From the sequence record NC_073082: a DNA stretch of 44,715 bases. The stretch is one strand, 5' to 3'. The DNA comes from Shigella phage vB_SboD_StarDew. The translations under genes and the position numbers were made by a program. The first letter of the stretch is position 1. Every line of letters begins with the position of its first letter. The notes below the pieces were generated by a model. The model made no database searches. It worked only from the letters and a program-made list of their open reading frames with translations, and had not been told where the DNA came from. Below, piece by piece: positions 17,301 through 26,956 of the stretch.

Positions 17301-20300
17301 CGATTATCTACGACGTCACAGGGCATAAAGGCGGCGGCGGCAAACAGCACACCCCGCAGGAGACGCCCGATAGCCTGCATTCGCTGGCTAAAATCCGCAT
17401 CTTGCTCGCGCTTGGGGAAGGGGAATTCGAAAGTATTACCAGCGCCAGCGAATTGCGGCAGCGTGTTTACTTGGATGGAACGCCGATCCAGAACGCTGAC
17501 CTGTCCGAAAACTTCCCTGGCGCGCGTGTGGAGTTCCGCCCCGGCACACAGCACCAGGATGTGATCCACGGATTTTCAGCGGTGGAAAGTGAGCAATCTG
17601 TCGGCGTAAAACTGGAAAACGGCACGCCGTGGGTACGCCAGATTAACGATACCAGTCTGGACGCCGTGCGCATTCGTATCGGCATTCCGGCCCTGTACAC
17701 TAACGAAGATAATGGCGACCTGGTGGGCGGGCGCATCGACTATAAGATCGTTGTGTATACGGATAACGCCGACCCGCGTGAGTTCAGATTCGCCGCCGTT
17801 GGTAAAACAATGTCGCTGTATGAGCGCGACCACCGCATCGAATTACCGCCGAACGTGAATACCGGCTGGCGAGTGGAGGTGCACCGCATAACGGCGGACT
17901 CCACATCGGCGAAAGTGGTTAATGATATCCGGGTGCAGTCCATCACTGAGATTATTGACGCCCGCCTGCGTTACCCGCTAACCGCGCTGTTGTTTGTGGA
18001 GTTCGACGCCAAAGCGTTCCAGAACATCCCGCGCGTGTCCATTAAGTGCAAAGGTCGCAAAGTTCTAATACCGAACAACTACGACCCGATCAATCATACC
18101 TATTCCGGGGACTGGGACGGCACGTTTAAACGCGCATGGACGGATAACCCTGCGTGGCACTGGTACGATATTTGTATTACTGAGCGCTTCGGCCTCGGTC
18201 GGCGTATCAAACCGCAAATGCTAAACCGATACGCGCTCTACCAGATTGCGCAGCGCTGCGATCAGTTGGTCAGCGACGGCAACGGTGGTCGAGAAATCCG
18301 CTTTAAGAATGATATGTACATTCAGTCACAGACGGATGCCTGGACAGTGCTTAAGGATTTAGCCGCCATCTTCGCCGGAATGACCTGGTGGGGTAACCAG
18401 ATGTTGAATATTGTCAGTGACCAACCGGTCGCAGCAGTGTCGCACACTATCACCAACGCCTCGGTAATTGATGGTCGATTCGACTACGCATCTGGCAGCC
18501 AGAAAACGCGCTATTCCACATTCGCGGTAGCATACGGCAATCCGAAAAACCACTATGAAGATGCTATCGCAACGGGGCAACGTGTCGAACTGGTACGCCG
18601 CCATAAGATTAACCGTCTTGATATTACGGCGATCGGCTGTACGCGTGAATCTGAAGCGCAACGCCGCGGGCACTGGGCGCTAATTTCCAACCAGCTTGAC
18701 CAGCAAGTTAGCTTTAAAGTTGGCATGGAAGGGTTATTCTTTATTCCAGGTAGCGTAGTCGCGATCGCGGATACAAACATTTCTGGCGGTTTTGAGACGC
18801 GCGGCGGTCGACTGTTGTCGGACCCCGGAACGCGTACCGTGCTGAACACGGACAGCGAAATCACATTCCGCCCTGGCGATAAGTTCCTGGTGCGCACCGA
18901 TAGCGGTAATGTGGAGACTCGCGAGATCGCCAGCGTCAACGGCAACAAGGTAACGCTAAAAACCGCACTGGACGCCAACCCTATTCCTGACCAGCCGTTT
19001 TGCGTTGACGGGGATGATATCCAGTTGCAAAAATTCCGCATCACCGATCTGGAATATGACGACTCTACGAGCACTTTCTCGGTGCGCGGGATTGAATATA
19101 ACGATAGCAAATATGATGCCGTTGATAATGGCGCGCGCCTAGACCCGGGCATCTTTACACAAGTGCCGGACGGTGTAATGAAGGGGCCGGAATCCGTGAC
19201 TATAACTCCGTCGCAGATTTCATCGCAAGGCCAGCTAATCACCAACGTGGATATTGTTTTCCCGCCGGTGAAAGATGCCGTGGTGTATGAAATCCAGTGG
19301 AGGCGCACCAGCTTACAGAATATGGAAATCCAGTGGGGTAACGACTGGGTGAATATCCCGCGCACGGCGTCGAATGGCGCGCACATCCCCAACGTGTTCT
19401 CCGGTAACTATCAGGCACGCGTCCGCGCAATCGGTATGGGTGAAATCTCGTCCCCGTGGGTGTCGTCCCCCATCACGCCGATCGAAGGTCGCCTCGGTGG
19501 GCTTAACGCACCAATCATCACCAACGCGATTTCAGGTTTGCACCAGATCCTATGGAAGTGGAACCACAACAACGCCGCGACGGATATCTCTTACACAGAG
19601 CTTGAAGTGCGCAAGACGGGCGAAACGGAATGGAAATTCCTGTCCAACGTCCCATACCCTGGGGCAGAGTATGCGCAAACGTCGCTGGAGTTCGGGATTT
19701 ACCAGCAGTTGCGCGCCCGTGTGGTGGATAAAATCGGCAACCGGTCGGACTGGTCGGCCCCGTTTGAAGGGCAGGTGAGTGACAAAGTTGACGAGTACAT
19801 GAAGGGGCTTGATGACGAGTTCTTGACTTCCGAGGATGGTAAACGCTTCCAGGAAGCTATTAACACGATCCCGCAAGGCATATATGAAGCGATGCTCACC
19901 GACGCGCAGCAATTGTTCAACGCCCGCGCCGAGTACAAGGGGATTTATGCGGAAATCTCGGTCGCGTATAACGTGGCGGCGGACGCCCACAAGGCGGTCG
20001 CTCAACTGGAGACGTTGATCGGCACGCGACTTGATGACGCGGAAGCTGCGATCCACACGTTGCAGACCGCGCAGAGCACACAGGAACAAGCATTCGCCCA
20101 GTACCAGCAAACTGTTGCCGCTAAGTTCGGGGAACAGGAAGCCGCCATCCAGCAGGTACAAACGGCAACCGCAGACGTGGCGGGAGCGCTGGCGGAATAT
20201 AAGACCCAGGTCGCGACACAGTTCGGTCAGCAGTCCGCCGCTATCGAGCAGAAGATGACGTCCTCGTTTAACCACTCTGGTGGTAGTGCCACGTATAGCC

Positions 20301-20743
20301 TTAAGGCTGGCGTGACGTATAACGGGACTTACTATGATGCGGGTATGCAGCTTTCCGTTGTGACGTCTGGCAACGCGGTTAAATCGCGTATTGCGTTCAA
20401 GGCGGACCAGTTCTACATCATGCACCCATCTAATGGGTCGCTTTCGTCCGCGTTTATTGTTGACGGTGGTCAGGTGTACATCGACACCGCCCGCATCAAG
20501 AATGCGTCGATCAACTTTGCGCAGATCACGGACACGCTGCAATCAAATAACTTCGCTTCAGGGTCACGCGGCTGGCGAATCCAGAAAGGCGGCGCTGCAG
20601 AGTTTAACGAAGTAACCGTCCGCGGAAACCTGTACGCCACATCGGGTAACTTCGGGTTTTCTGGTGGGACCGTGACGATCGACAAGACAGGCGTCAACGT
20701 GCCGTTGCCCGGCGGTGGAAGGGTGAAAGTAGGGACGTGGTAA
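17297..20743 (+). CDS. host specificity / central tail fiber protein J-like
   Basis: 1148 aa; position after M-L-K-I block; followed by terminator. Confidence 0.85.
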   Translation: MTIIYDVTGHKGGGGKQHTPQETPDSLHSLAKIRILLALGEGEFESITSASELRQRVYLDGTPIQNADLSENFPGARVEFRPGTQHQDVIHGFSAVESEQSVGVKLENGTPWVRQINDTSLDAVRIRIGIPALYTNEDNGDLVGGRIDYKIVVYTDNADPREFRFAAVGKTMSLYERDHRIELPPNVNTGWRVEVHRITADSTSAKVVNDIRVQSITEIIDARLRYPLTALLFVEFDAKAFQNIPRVSIKCKGRKVLIPNNYDPINHTYSGDWDGTFKRAWTDNPAWHWYDICITERFGLGRRIKPQMLNRYALYQIAQRCDQLVSDGNGGREIRFKNDMYIQSQTDAWTVLKDLAAIFAGMTWWGNQMLNIVSDQPVAAVSHTITNASVIDGRFDYASGSQKTRYSTFAVAYGNPKNHYEDAIATGQRVELVRRHKINRLDITAIGCTRESEAQRRGHWALISNQLDQQVSFKVGMEGLFFIPGSVVAIADTNISGGFETRGGRLLSDPGTRTVLNTDSEITFRPGDKFLVRTDSGNVETREIASVNGNKVTLKTALDANPIPDQPFCVDGDDIQLQKFRITDLEYDDSTSTFSVRGIEYNDSKYDAVDNGARLDPGIFTQVPDGVMKGPESVTITPSQISSQGQLITNVDIVFPPVKDAVVYEIQWRRTSLQNMEIQWGNDWVNIPRTASNGAHIPNVFSGNYQARVRAIGMGEISSPWVSSPITPIEGRLGGLNAPIITNAISGLHQILWKWNHNNAATDISYTELEVRKTGETEWKFLSNVPYPGAEYAQTSLEFGIYQQLRARVVDKIGNRSDWSAPFEGQVSDKVDEYMKGLDDEFLTSEDGKRFQEAINTIPQGIYEAMLTDAQQLFNARAEYKGIYAEISVAYNVAADAHKAVAQLETLIGTRLDDAEAAIHTLQTAQSTQEQAFAQYQQTVAAKFGEQEAAIQQVQTATADVAGALAEYKTQVATQFGQQSAAIEQKMTSSFNHSGGSATYSLKAGVTYNGTYYDAGMQLSVVTSGNAVKSRIAFKADQFYIMHPSNGSLSSAFIVDGGQVYIDTARIKNASINFAQITDTLQSNNFASGSRGWRIQKGGAAEFNEVTVRGNLYATSGNFGFSGGTVTIDKTGVNVPLPGGGRVKVGTW

Positions 20744-20746
20744 ATG

Positions 20747-20771
20747 CGAAGGGGCCATCCGGCCCCTTTTC
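20747..20771. terminator. bidirectional terminator (GGGGCC-atcc-GGCCCC + TTTT) between J and convergent minus-strand gene
   Basis: Read directly. Confidence 0.6.
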
Positions 20772-21735
20772 AATACATATTCGGGATGACGAGTAGCGGG
20801 GTAGGTACGGCAATATTTTTACCCGGCATCTGAAATTGCTGCCGTGAGTAGTTGCCGATGACGCGGTTTTTAGCGACGCGCACATTATTACCCGCCATGC
20901 GGATTCCGTTCATGCGGACGTGGTTATAGCCCCCGTTGTTCTGAATCAGCGCTCCGGTGTATGAAAGCTGGATCAGGCTGTTTCCAATATTCTGGTCGCT
21001 CGTTCCGATGTTAATAGTGCGGTCATATACGAACGGCTTGTTCACCGTCGAGAACGTTACCTGATTCTGGTTATTCGTCATGGTAATCCCAGCCCCTGGC
21101 GTGGGTGGTGTATTGTTGAATATTACCAAATCCATGTCCACCGAAGCCGCCACATCGTCGATGCCACCGTAGGACGCGTTGCGGACGATAATACTGCCGC
21201 CATCGAAGCCAACTGATACGTTGCCGTCATCCCAGCGGGCGAACGGGACACCGCTAACAGGCAACGCCATACTCCCGTTGACGCGCACGCGCTTTGCGTA
21301 TCTGCAGGTCATCAGCTTCGCCACGTTGGATATTGCGGTGAAGTCCGTCGAGTTCGCCACCAGTAAACCCGCGTTACGCGACCCAACCGGCAGCACTTCC
21401 ATTATGACGCCCGCCCATTGTGGTAAACCGGAGTATGCGCCATACGCATCCTCCCCGCGCAGGGTGATTCCGCTATTACCGTTGCGAGTAACCGACGTAA
21501 CGTAAAACGGATCTGGTATTACCAGGGTCTGGTCGAATACCTCAATCACTTCTACAGGGCGAGTGAGCGCGACGACGACCTGCGACCCAGCCGTAAGAGG
21601 GGTGTTAATGGTTAGCGTCTTGTTGGACTGTGCCCGCTGGTTAAAGCTGGTGCAGTATGCCGGCGCGCGAAGCCCTGCGGTGATCTCCATGCGCGGTCTT
21701 CCGTCGTTGTAGTCGATAAGTATTCCAGCGCCCAT
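20770..21735 (-). CDS. putative receptor-binding / tail fiber-like protein (321 aa), reverse strand
   Basis: Asn/Gly/Ser/Thr-rich beta-rich sequence; GGGAGTGG RBS before ATG at 21735; co-oriented with upstream lipoprotein gene. Confidence 0.45.
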   Translation of the reverse strand: MGAGILIDYNDGRPRMEITAGLRAPAYCTSFNQRAQSNKTLTINTPLTAGSQVVVALTRPVEVIEVFDQTLVIPDPFYVTSVTRNGNSGITLRGEDAYGAYSGLPQWAGVIMEVLPVGSRNAGLLVANSTDFTAISNVAKLMTCRYAKRVRVNGSMALPVSGVPFARWDDGNVSVGFDGGSIIVRNASYGGIDDVAASVDMDLVIFNNTPPTPGAGITMTNNQNQVTFSTVNKPFVYDRTINIGTSDQNIGNSLIQLSYTGALIQNNGGYNHVRMNGIRMAGNNVRVAKNRVIGNYSRQQFQMPGKNIAVPTPLLVIPNMY

Positions 21736-21737
21736 TA

Positions 21738-21959
21738 TTACCACTCCCGTGATTTAACTGATACTGTGCCTGAGAAATTGCCGTCGCTATCTGAAGACAG
21801 CCCAGTGAATCGCATGTCCACATCTCCTGCCGGTACTTTTTGCCCATCAACGTAGCGCAACATGCAGCTACCGTACGCAACCGTAATGCAATCGCCGTTG
21901 TTGCGTTCTACGGCGCAACCGGATAAAAGAACCGCACAAATCATAATTAAAGTTTTCAT
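21738..21959 (-). CDS. small lipoprotein (73 aa), candidate superinfection-exclusion protein (Llp/Cor-like role)
   Basis: Signal peptide plus lipobox (MKTLIMICAVLLSGCA); RBS GGGGATGA; track ORF 21738..22022 trimmed to ATG at 21959. Confidence 0.5.
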   Translation of the reverse strand: MKTLIMICAVLLSGCAVERNNGDCITVAYGSCMLRYVDGQKVPAGDVDMRFTGLSSDSDGNFSGTVSVKSREW

Positions 21960-22039
21960 GGTATCATCCCCTATATTTGGTTGAGTTTTAGTATTACACC
22001 GCTCAACCGGGATTGCAACCAATTTAAGAGGATTCAGCT

Positions 22040-24112
22040 ATGGCAGCGGGTACACTATCCGTAACGAATAACAGCAAGGCGGTTGTCGGGGTCGGCACAA
22101 CGTTTACGGCGTTTAAAGCGGGCGACTTCTTAACGCTGGTGGTGGGTCAAGTCCCATACACCGTAGCGATCGCGTCCGTTGAAAGTGCAACCGCGCTAAC
22201 GCTGGTGCTGCCGTTCGACGGCCCTACGGCAACCGGCCTAGCATGGGATGGCGTTAAGCGCGACACCATGTCGCTGGCGACGATGGGCGTAACCGTCCAG
22301 GCACAGAAAGCGTTGCGCTTGATGATCGCAGATGAAAACAACTGGCGTGCAATCTTCGGCGACGCTGAAGAAATCACAGTGACGTTACCTAACGGGCAAG
22401 TTATGCAGGGCATGTCGTGGGGCTATTTGTCCTCCTTGCTGAAGGAAGTAGACCCCGTTGAGATGCGCAACCTTCAACAACAGGCCGAGACGGCTAAAAA
22501 CCAAGCTGTTACCGCTAAGGGGCAGGCAGAATCGGCGCGCGACGCAGCTAATACGGCGAAGACTGGGGCGGAGACGGCACGCGACCAGGCTAACAATGCG
22601 AAGACCGACGCGCAGACCGCAAAAGGCCAGGCCGAATCCGCGCGCGACGCCGCTAACACTGCGAAGACCGGGGCGGAGAATGCCCGCAACCAGGCACAAG
22701 GCTATCGTGACGAGGCTGAAGGCTTTAAAAACCAGATTAACCCTTCGCAGTTTATGCAGAAGTCGCAAAACCTGAATGACGTTGCCGATAAAGCGAAGGC
22801 CCGCACTAACCTGGCGTTAAATCGTTTCAACCAGCCGCGCGCCGATTTAACCGAGGTGTACTCTAACGACGACCGTACGGGGTACAAGCTGATTGTAAAA
22901 GATAACGGCGACTGGGGTGCGATGAAACACGATGGTAGCGCGAATATGGCGCTAAGCATCGGTTTTGGTGGTACTGGTGGCAAGACCGGGGCTGAAGCAC
23001 GTGCGTCGCTGAACGTATTTAAACGTGACCGAACATCACTAGGAGAGAGAGATCTGGATACTATCGACGGCAGCGGCGACGGTCCAGGGGTGTATTTCCA
23101 GGCGTCGTCAGCCGCGGCAACGTCAGCGCGCCACTACCCGGAAGCGACAGCGGGGATGCTGGAGGTATTCCAGCACGGGGCAAATGGTGAGTCGGGGGCT
23201 ATCCAGCGCTACACGCCGTTTACGATCTTAGCTATTGCGCCGGAAGGCAGCCAGGAATATGCGCGCGCGGGAAAAGGCACATTCTATGTGCGGTCGAAAA
23301 ACGGTAACGCCCCTAAATGGTCGCCGTGGTTGCCGTTTCAGACGGGTCTTTATGGTGGCGTTGTCAGTTATCCGGGTACGCAGGAGCGCTCAAGTTGGAC
23401 GGATTATGTCAACGTACTCGCACAACAACCAAGCAGCATGGGGACGTATAACATTCGTTCAGTAGGTTGGGTGAATGCCATCTCATCCCGACACCTTAAC
23501 GGCACCGGCGATGGCAGCAATTACGGTGTTGTTTTTGAGGATGGGCAAATGGCGGCTACCCACTACAAAAACGTAACAGTAAGAAAACAGGTAGCTGGTA
23601 ACTGGATTAACCCCGTCACGTTATGGCATACAGGAAACACCACGGTTGACAGCAACGGCTTTGTGAAGCGCGCATCACCAATCGTGAAGGTGTTCGGGAC
23701 CGGTGATTTCGAGACTAACGACGAAAGCGAAGGATGCAAGGTCGAGAAAGTAGGCGTAGGAGAGTATCTCATCACCGGATGTATGGCGCTTAACGCTGAT
23801 CTGGCCTGGGGTGGCGTGCGTGGCGGTATTGAGGTGCCGAGGGATATTAACGGTCAGCCTATTTTGTGGGTTGATTATGAAGTCAACGCAGACGGTAGTC
23901 TTCTGCTTAAGACGTTCCATCGTGAACATCACGACGCGCCGGTGTTCGCACGTAATACGGTGCCGGGTTACTCAAACGGCGACCCTATTGATATTCCTAA
24001 CGATGTTTTTGTGTCAGTGCGTGTGGACATGCCAGAAGATTCGATTTACAACGTACGGGAGCGTGAGATGCGAGCGATTGCTGAGGTTGAGTTAGCAACG
24101 GGGGTAAGGTGA
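22040..24112 (+). CDS. tail fiber protein with internal tandem repeats
   Basis: 690 aa; AAGAGGA RBS; N-terminal domain shared with 14565 gene; Ala/Lys/Gln-rich repeat (GQAESARDAANTAKTGAE twice). Confidence 0.75.
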   Translation: MAAGTLSVTNNSKAVVGVGTTFTAFKAGDFLTLVVGQVPYTVAIASVESATALTLVLPFDGPTATGLAWDGVKRDTMSLATMGVTVQAQKALRLMIADENNWRAIFGDAEEITVTLPNGQVMQGMSWGYLSSLLKEVDPVEMRNLQQQAETAKNQAVTAKGQAESARDAANTAKTGAETARDQANNAKTDAQTAKGQAESARDAANTAKTGAENARNQAQGYRDEAEGFKNQINPSQFMQKSQNLNDVADKAKARTNLALNRFNQPRADLTEVYSNDDRTGYKLIVKDNGDWGAMKHDGSANMALSIGFGGTGGKTGAEARASLNVFKRDRTSLGERDLDTIDGSGDGPGVYFQASSAAATSARHYPEATAGMLEVFQHGANGESGAIQRYTPFTILAIAPEGSQEYARAGKGTFYVRSKNGNAPKWSPWLPFQTGLYGGVVSYPGTQERSSWTDYVNVLAQQPSSMGTYNIRSVGWVNAISSRHLNGTGDGSNYGVVFEDGQMAATHYKNVTVRKQVAGNWINPVTLWHTGNTTVDSNGFVKRASPIVKVFGTGDFETNDESEGCKVEKVGVGEYLITGCMALNADLAWGGVRGGIEVPRDINGQPILWVDYEVNADGSLLLKTFHREHHDAPVFARNTVPGYSNGDPIDIPNDVFVSVRVDMPEDSIYNVREREMRAIAEVELATGVR
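22490..22700 (+). repeat. in-frame tandem DNA repeat (about 102-bp unit, about 2 copies) inside tail fiber gene
   Basis: Repeated GGCCAGGC(A/C)GAATC(G/C)GCGCGCGACGC(A/C)GCTAA(T/C)AC(G/T)GCGAAGAC(T/C)GGGGCGGAGA read directly. Confidence 0.8.
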
Positions 24113-24125
24113 CCGAAGAGTGAAA

Positions 24126-24152
24126 GAAAGGGGCCGTGCGGCCCCTTTTTTT
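24126..24152. terminator. bidirectional terminator (GGGGCCG-tgc-GGCCCC flanked by T-runs on both strands)
   Basis: Read directly; ends the tail fiber gene and the leftward operon. Confidence 0.65.
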
Positions 24153-24727
24153 TAGTTTGAGTTTTCCCAGTCCATTTTTCGCCGCACCAGCGGGCTTTCG
24201 TAATATTCCTTCCCATCCACTTCCACTAAGGGCCAGTCATTAACAATGACGTAAGGTTCTGCGATATCCTCGATCACGCCGTGCGCACTATGTTGTCCGA
24301 AATCTACGCCTACCAGGATAACCCCGGCAACTCGACGAGCAAGATATTCGCGGGCGCAACGCGCCTCTACCAGTCCGCGACGGATGCCGCTGGTGGCCTT
24401 AACCTCGTAGGTCCAGACGGCATCGATCACATGTTCGCGGAAGTCGGGACCGGATTTTACCTTGCGCTTGCCGACCATGATAATATCGCCGCGGTCGATA
24501 GTGTTAGCGCTAAACAGGCCGGTACGCATTAGCAAACCTTGCGGGATACAGCTACGCCCGCCCGCCTGCCCTTCGAGGTACATGCCCGCAAACATCTCAC
24601 CCAGCACACCGACCAGACGGCTTTGCCTGCAAGCGTCGGACTTGTATCGCCACTGGTCAAACTCGATGCTTGCGATCATTGCCGCCAGGTGGAATTGTTT
24701 ACCAGATATTTCATATTCGCCGTACAT
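24152..24727 (-). CDS. hypothetical protein, possible PD-(D/E)xK-type nuclease
   Basis: 191 aa; GAGGA RBS; candidate motif GPDF...TYEVK; weak assignment. Confidence 0.45.
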   Translation of the reverse strand: MYGEYEISGKQFHLAAMIASIEFDQWRYKSDACRQSRLVGVLGEMFAGMYLEGQAGGRSCIPQGLLMRTGLFSANTIDRGDIIMVGKRKVKSGPDFREHVIDAVWTYEVKATSGIRRGLVEARCAREYLARRVAGVILVGVDFGQHSAHGVIEDIAEPYVIVNDWPLVEVDGKEYYESPLVRRKMDWENSN

Positions 24728-24769
24728 CGTGTGGTCCTCGTTGATGCGGGCTTCGGCCCGCGATTAGAA

Positions 24770-25291
24770 TTATTTAAGTGCGCCAGTCACCAGTGTTTTT
24801 TCCATGTTGCGGAAATCTTCCGGCGTCATGAGGATTTTCGATCCGTCTTCGCCCGTGAGCACGACCATAGGCTGGACGTCATGATCTGCGATGCCAAAAT
24901 TAGCGGCTTTAACCGTCTTGCCCACAGATGAAGAAGGATGCCACGTCCCGGCGGAGGCGATGGGCCAACCTTTGAGGCTGTCGTATTGAGCTGCCGTTGT
25001 ATCGACCTGAATCTCGTCATGCGCGGTCATGTAAGACTCGCCCAGCAAGGCGGCATACGCTACCAGGTCCACGATATTATCTTCCTGGTGCTTACGGCAC
25101 TGGCGCACCAGCTTCAGGCAGATCAGGAAGGTCCAGGCTTCTTGCTCGGACAGGTCGCGCCCGGTAAGCGCGTTAAACACGGCGGCGATCTGTTTAGCGC
25201 TGCGTTCTTCTTTCGCGTTGTCATAGCCGTTTTCTTTCCCGCGCTGTTCCATAGTGGTGGCGGCGTTTTTGCAGTATTCGTATGCTTTCAT
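24770..25291 (-). CDS. hypothetical protein (173 aa)
   Basis: AAGGAAA RBS before ATG at 25291; track ORF 24770..25417 trimmed. Confidence 0.5.
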   Translation of the reverse strand: MKAYEYCKNAATTMEQRGKENGYDNAKEERSAKQIAAVFNALTGRDLSEQEAWTFLICLKLVRQCRKHQEDNIVDLVAYAALLGESYMTAHDEIQVDTTAAQYDSLKGWPIASAGTWHPSSSVGKTVKAANFGIADHDVQPMVVLTGEDGSKILMTPEDFRNMEKTLVTGALK

Positions 25292-25353
25292 TATGTTTTC
25301 CTTTTTAGTGGGGGCGGTATTGCCCCCGACGTGATTAAGATACTGCAACCAAC

Positions 25354-25824
25354 CTATTGGTTGCAAGTGAATTTTGCAACGTTTATCGCATAAATTTTCG
25401 GGACCAGATCGCCGCACGCCCGACGAATTGCCGCGATGTTCTTCGGACAGTCTTCAATGATGACCAGTTCCGACACGTCCGCGTAGCAGACCATTTTGAA
25501 CACGGCGCACGCCTTAAACTCTGGCGGCGGGGTGTCGTCCAGCATGTGGCGCATAAACAACCGGCCTACCGGGAATACCTCCAATTGCTCGGCGGTGGTG
25601 TCCCAACATTCACGCTGCCGGTTGGTCAGATACGCGATCTCGAAGCCTTGCTCTTTGTACATGGTCAGCAGCGGCAGCATATCCATGTTCAGATCTTCGC
25701 GTACGTGCGCTCTGTGCCACTTCGCCCAAAAGGTGGATTTAGTTTTTATGCCAGGCACCAGGTCGGCACGCGCATCGCTTGAACCGTTAATAACGCCATC
25801 CAGATCGCAAATCAGTAATTTCAT
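25354..25824 (-). CDS. HAD-superfamily phosphatase-like protein (possible nucleotidase / polynucleotide 3-prime phosphatase)
   Basis: N-terminal HAD motif I (LLICDLDGVI); GAGGAG RBS. Confidence 0.55.
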   Translation of the reverse strand: MKLLICDLDGVINGSSDARADLVPGIKTKSTFWAKWHRAHVREDLNMDMLPLLTMYKEQGFEIAYLTNRQRECWDTTAEQLEVFPVGRLFMRHMLDDTPPPEFKACAVFKMVCYADVSELVIIEDCPKNIAAIRRACGDLVPKIYAINVAKFTCNQ

Positions 25825-26054
25825 TTCAACTCCTCGATCAGATTCGTACGAACAACACGGGCAGAAAAAGCGTCACACACAAGATGACAACGGGCGGTCA
25901 TTACAAGCCAGCCGGTAAGGTCAATGCCGAGCAATTGCTCCGGGCGACTGACCCGCCGCACTTTGTTCTCCCTCGGGTTAATTTGGTAGCGTTTAACAAT
26001 TTCGTCCACGACGCGCATACTGCGGTCAACGACTAAGATATTCATGTAGCTCAC
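25821..26054 (-). CDS. small hypothetical protein (GTG start; alternative ATG at 26045)
   Basis: ORF overlapping the 3-prime end of the methyltransferase gene; weak RBS. Confidence 0.3.
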   Translation of the reverse strand: MSYMNILVVDRSMRVVDEIVKRYQINPRENKVRRVSRPEQLLGIDLTGWLVMTARCHLVCDAFSARVVRTNLIEELK

Positions 26055-26511
26055 TCTCGCTCATTATTTCAATTTGTGCGCTGCCGATGGGTGGCGCTTC
26101 GTCAAATATTATTAATTGCTGGCACTTGTTATTGCTCGGACCGACTTCGCCGGTGACGGCGTGAATGAATCTAATCCGCCAGTCCAGAAGAATTATCATA
26201 TTGGCGGTCCTCCGGGCCAGCTTCGCCCACTTCGTCGACGTGTCCTGATTCAGTAGCATGACGGTCCGACGTCCATGCGCTGCGCACTCGACCCACGGCA
26301 GCGGATCGGAATACGGCGGATTGCACCACTTCCACCCTTTCAACTCCGACCAGTCCGCATCGAGCGCGCTGTGCTCTGCCGTGAAGTAACGCGGCAGCAG
26401 GTGGTTGGCGTCGCTCGCCGCCATATCGTAACGGAATCGGTACTTCCGGCGCAGTGGTTTAAATAAAGCTGGCGGTGTGCGCCAGCTATCTTTTTGCTCA
26501 TTCTCCGTCAT
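26026..26511 (-). CDS. dam: DNA N6-adenine (or N4-cytosine) methyltransferase, phage Dam-like
   Basis: Motifs WRTPPALF and WKWCNPPYSDPLPW (amino-MTase catalytic NPPY); about 160 aa as in phage orphan Dam enzymes. Confidence 0.7.
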   Translation of the reverse strand: MTENEQKDSWRTPPALFKPLRRKYRFRYDMAASDANHLLPRYFTAEHSALDADWSELKGWKWCNPPYSDPLPWVECAAHGRRTVMLLNQDTSTKWAKLARRTANMIILLDWRIRFIHAVTGEVGPSNNKCQQLIIFDEAPPIGSAQIEIMSESELHEYLSR

Positions 26512-26956
26512 AGTCTGGATCTATCGCATACAGGGCGGTTTTCTTGCTGCTAGACAGCACACGTTGGACTCGGGATATCTCCGCCCTACTGAGCGGTCTG
26601 CTATCGGAATAGTAGCTGCCGTTTGCACGCCACGCTATACGCACCAGTCCTTCCCGCGGGATCGAAGACTGGCGGCCTTTGGGGCGCACGTACTCCTCCG
26701 CGCGTTTACAATGTTCACGCAACGCATCCGCCGTGACGCGGTTTAGCGCAACGCTGGTTGTGTATCCGGTGCGCTGCATAATCCCCATCAGTTCGAAAAG
26801 CAGTTCAAAGCGCTCCTCTAACTCCATGCGACGCTTTTCTTCCGTTTCATAGCTTGACAGGTAGGTATCCGCCAGCGCGTTGACGCGTTCGGCATGTTCG
26901 CGGGCTTCGAGGCATTGCGCGGCCCAGTAATCTTTCTCTTCTTGTAAAATTTTCAT
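26498..26956 (-). CDS. hypothetical protein (152 aa)
   Basis: ORF with GGAG RBS; stop abuts stop of upstream gene. Confidence 0.45.
   Translation of the reverse strand: MKILQEEKDYWAAQCLEAREHAERVNALADTYLSSYETEEKRRMELEERFELLFELMGIMQRTGYTTSVALNRVTADALREHCKRAEEYVRPKGRQSSIPREGLVRIAWRANGSYYSDSRPLSRAEISRVQRVLSSSKKTALYAIDPDYDGE

Noticed and set aside
19550-20542. 330-aa minus-strand ORF inside the J gene (also 18553-19392)
   Set aside because: Antisense to J; Arg-rich, low-complexity translation; no start context.
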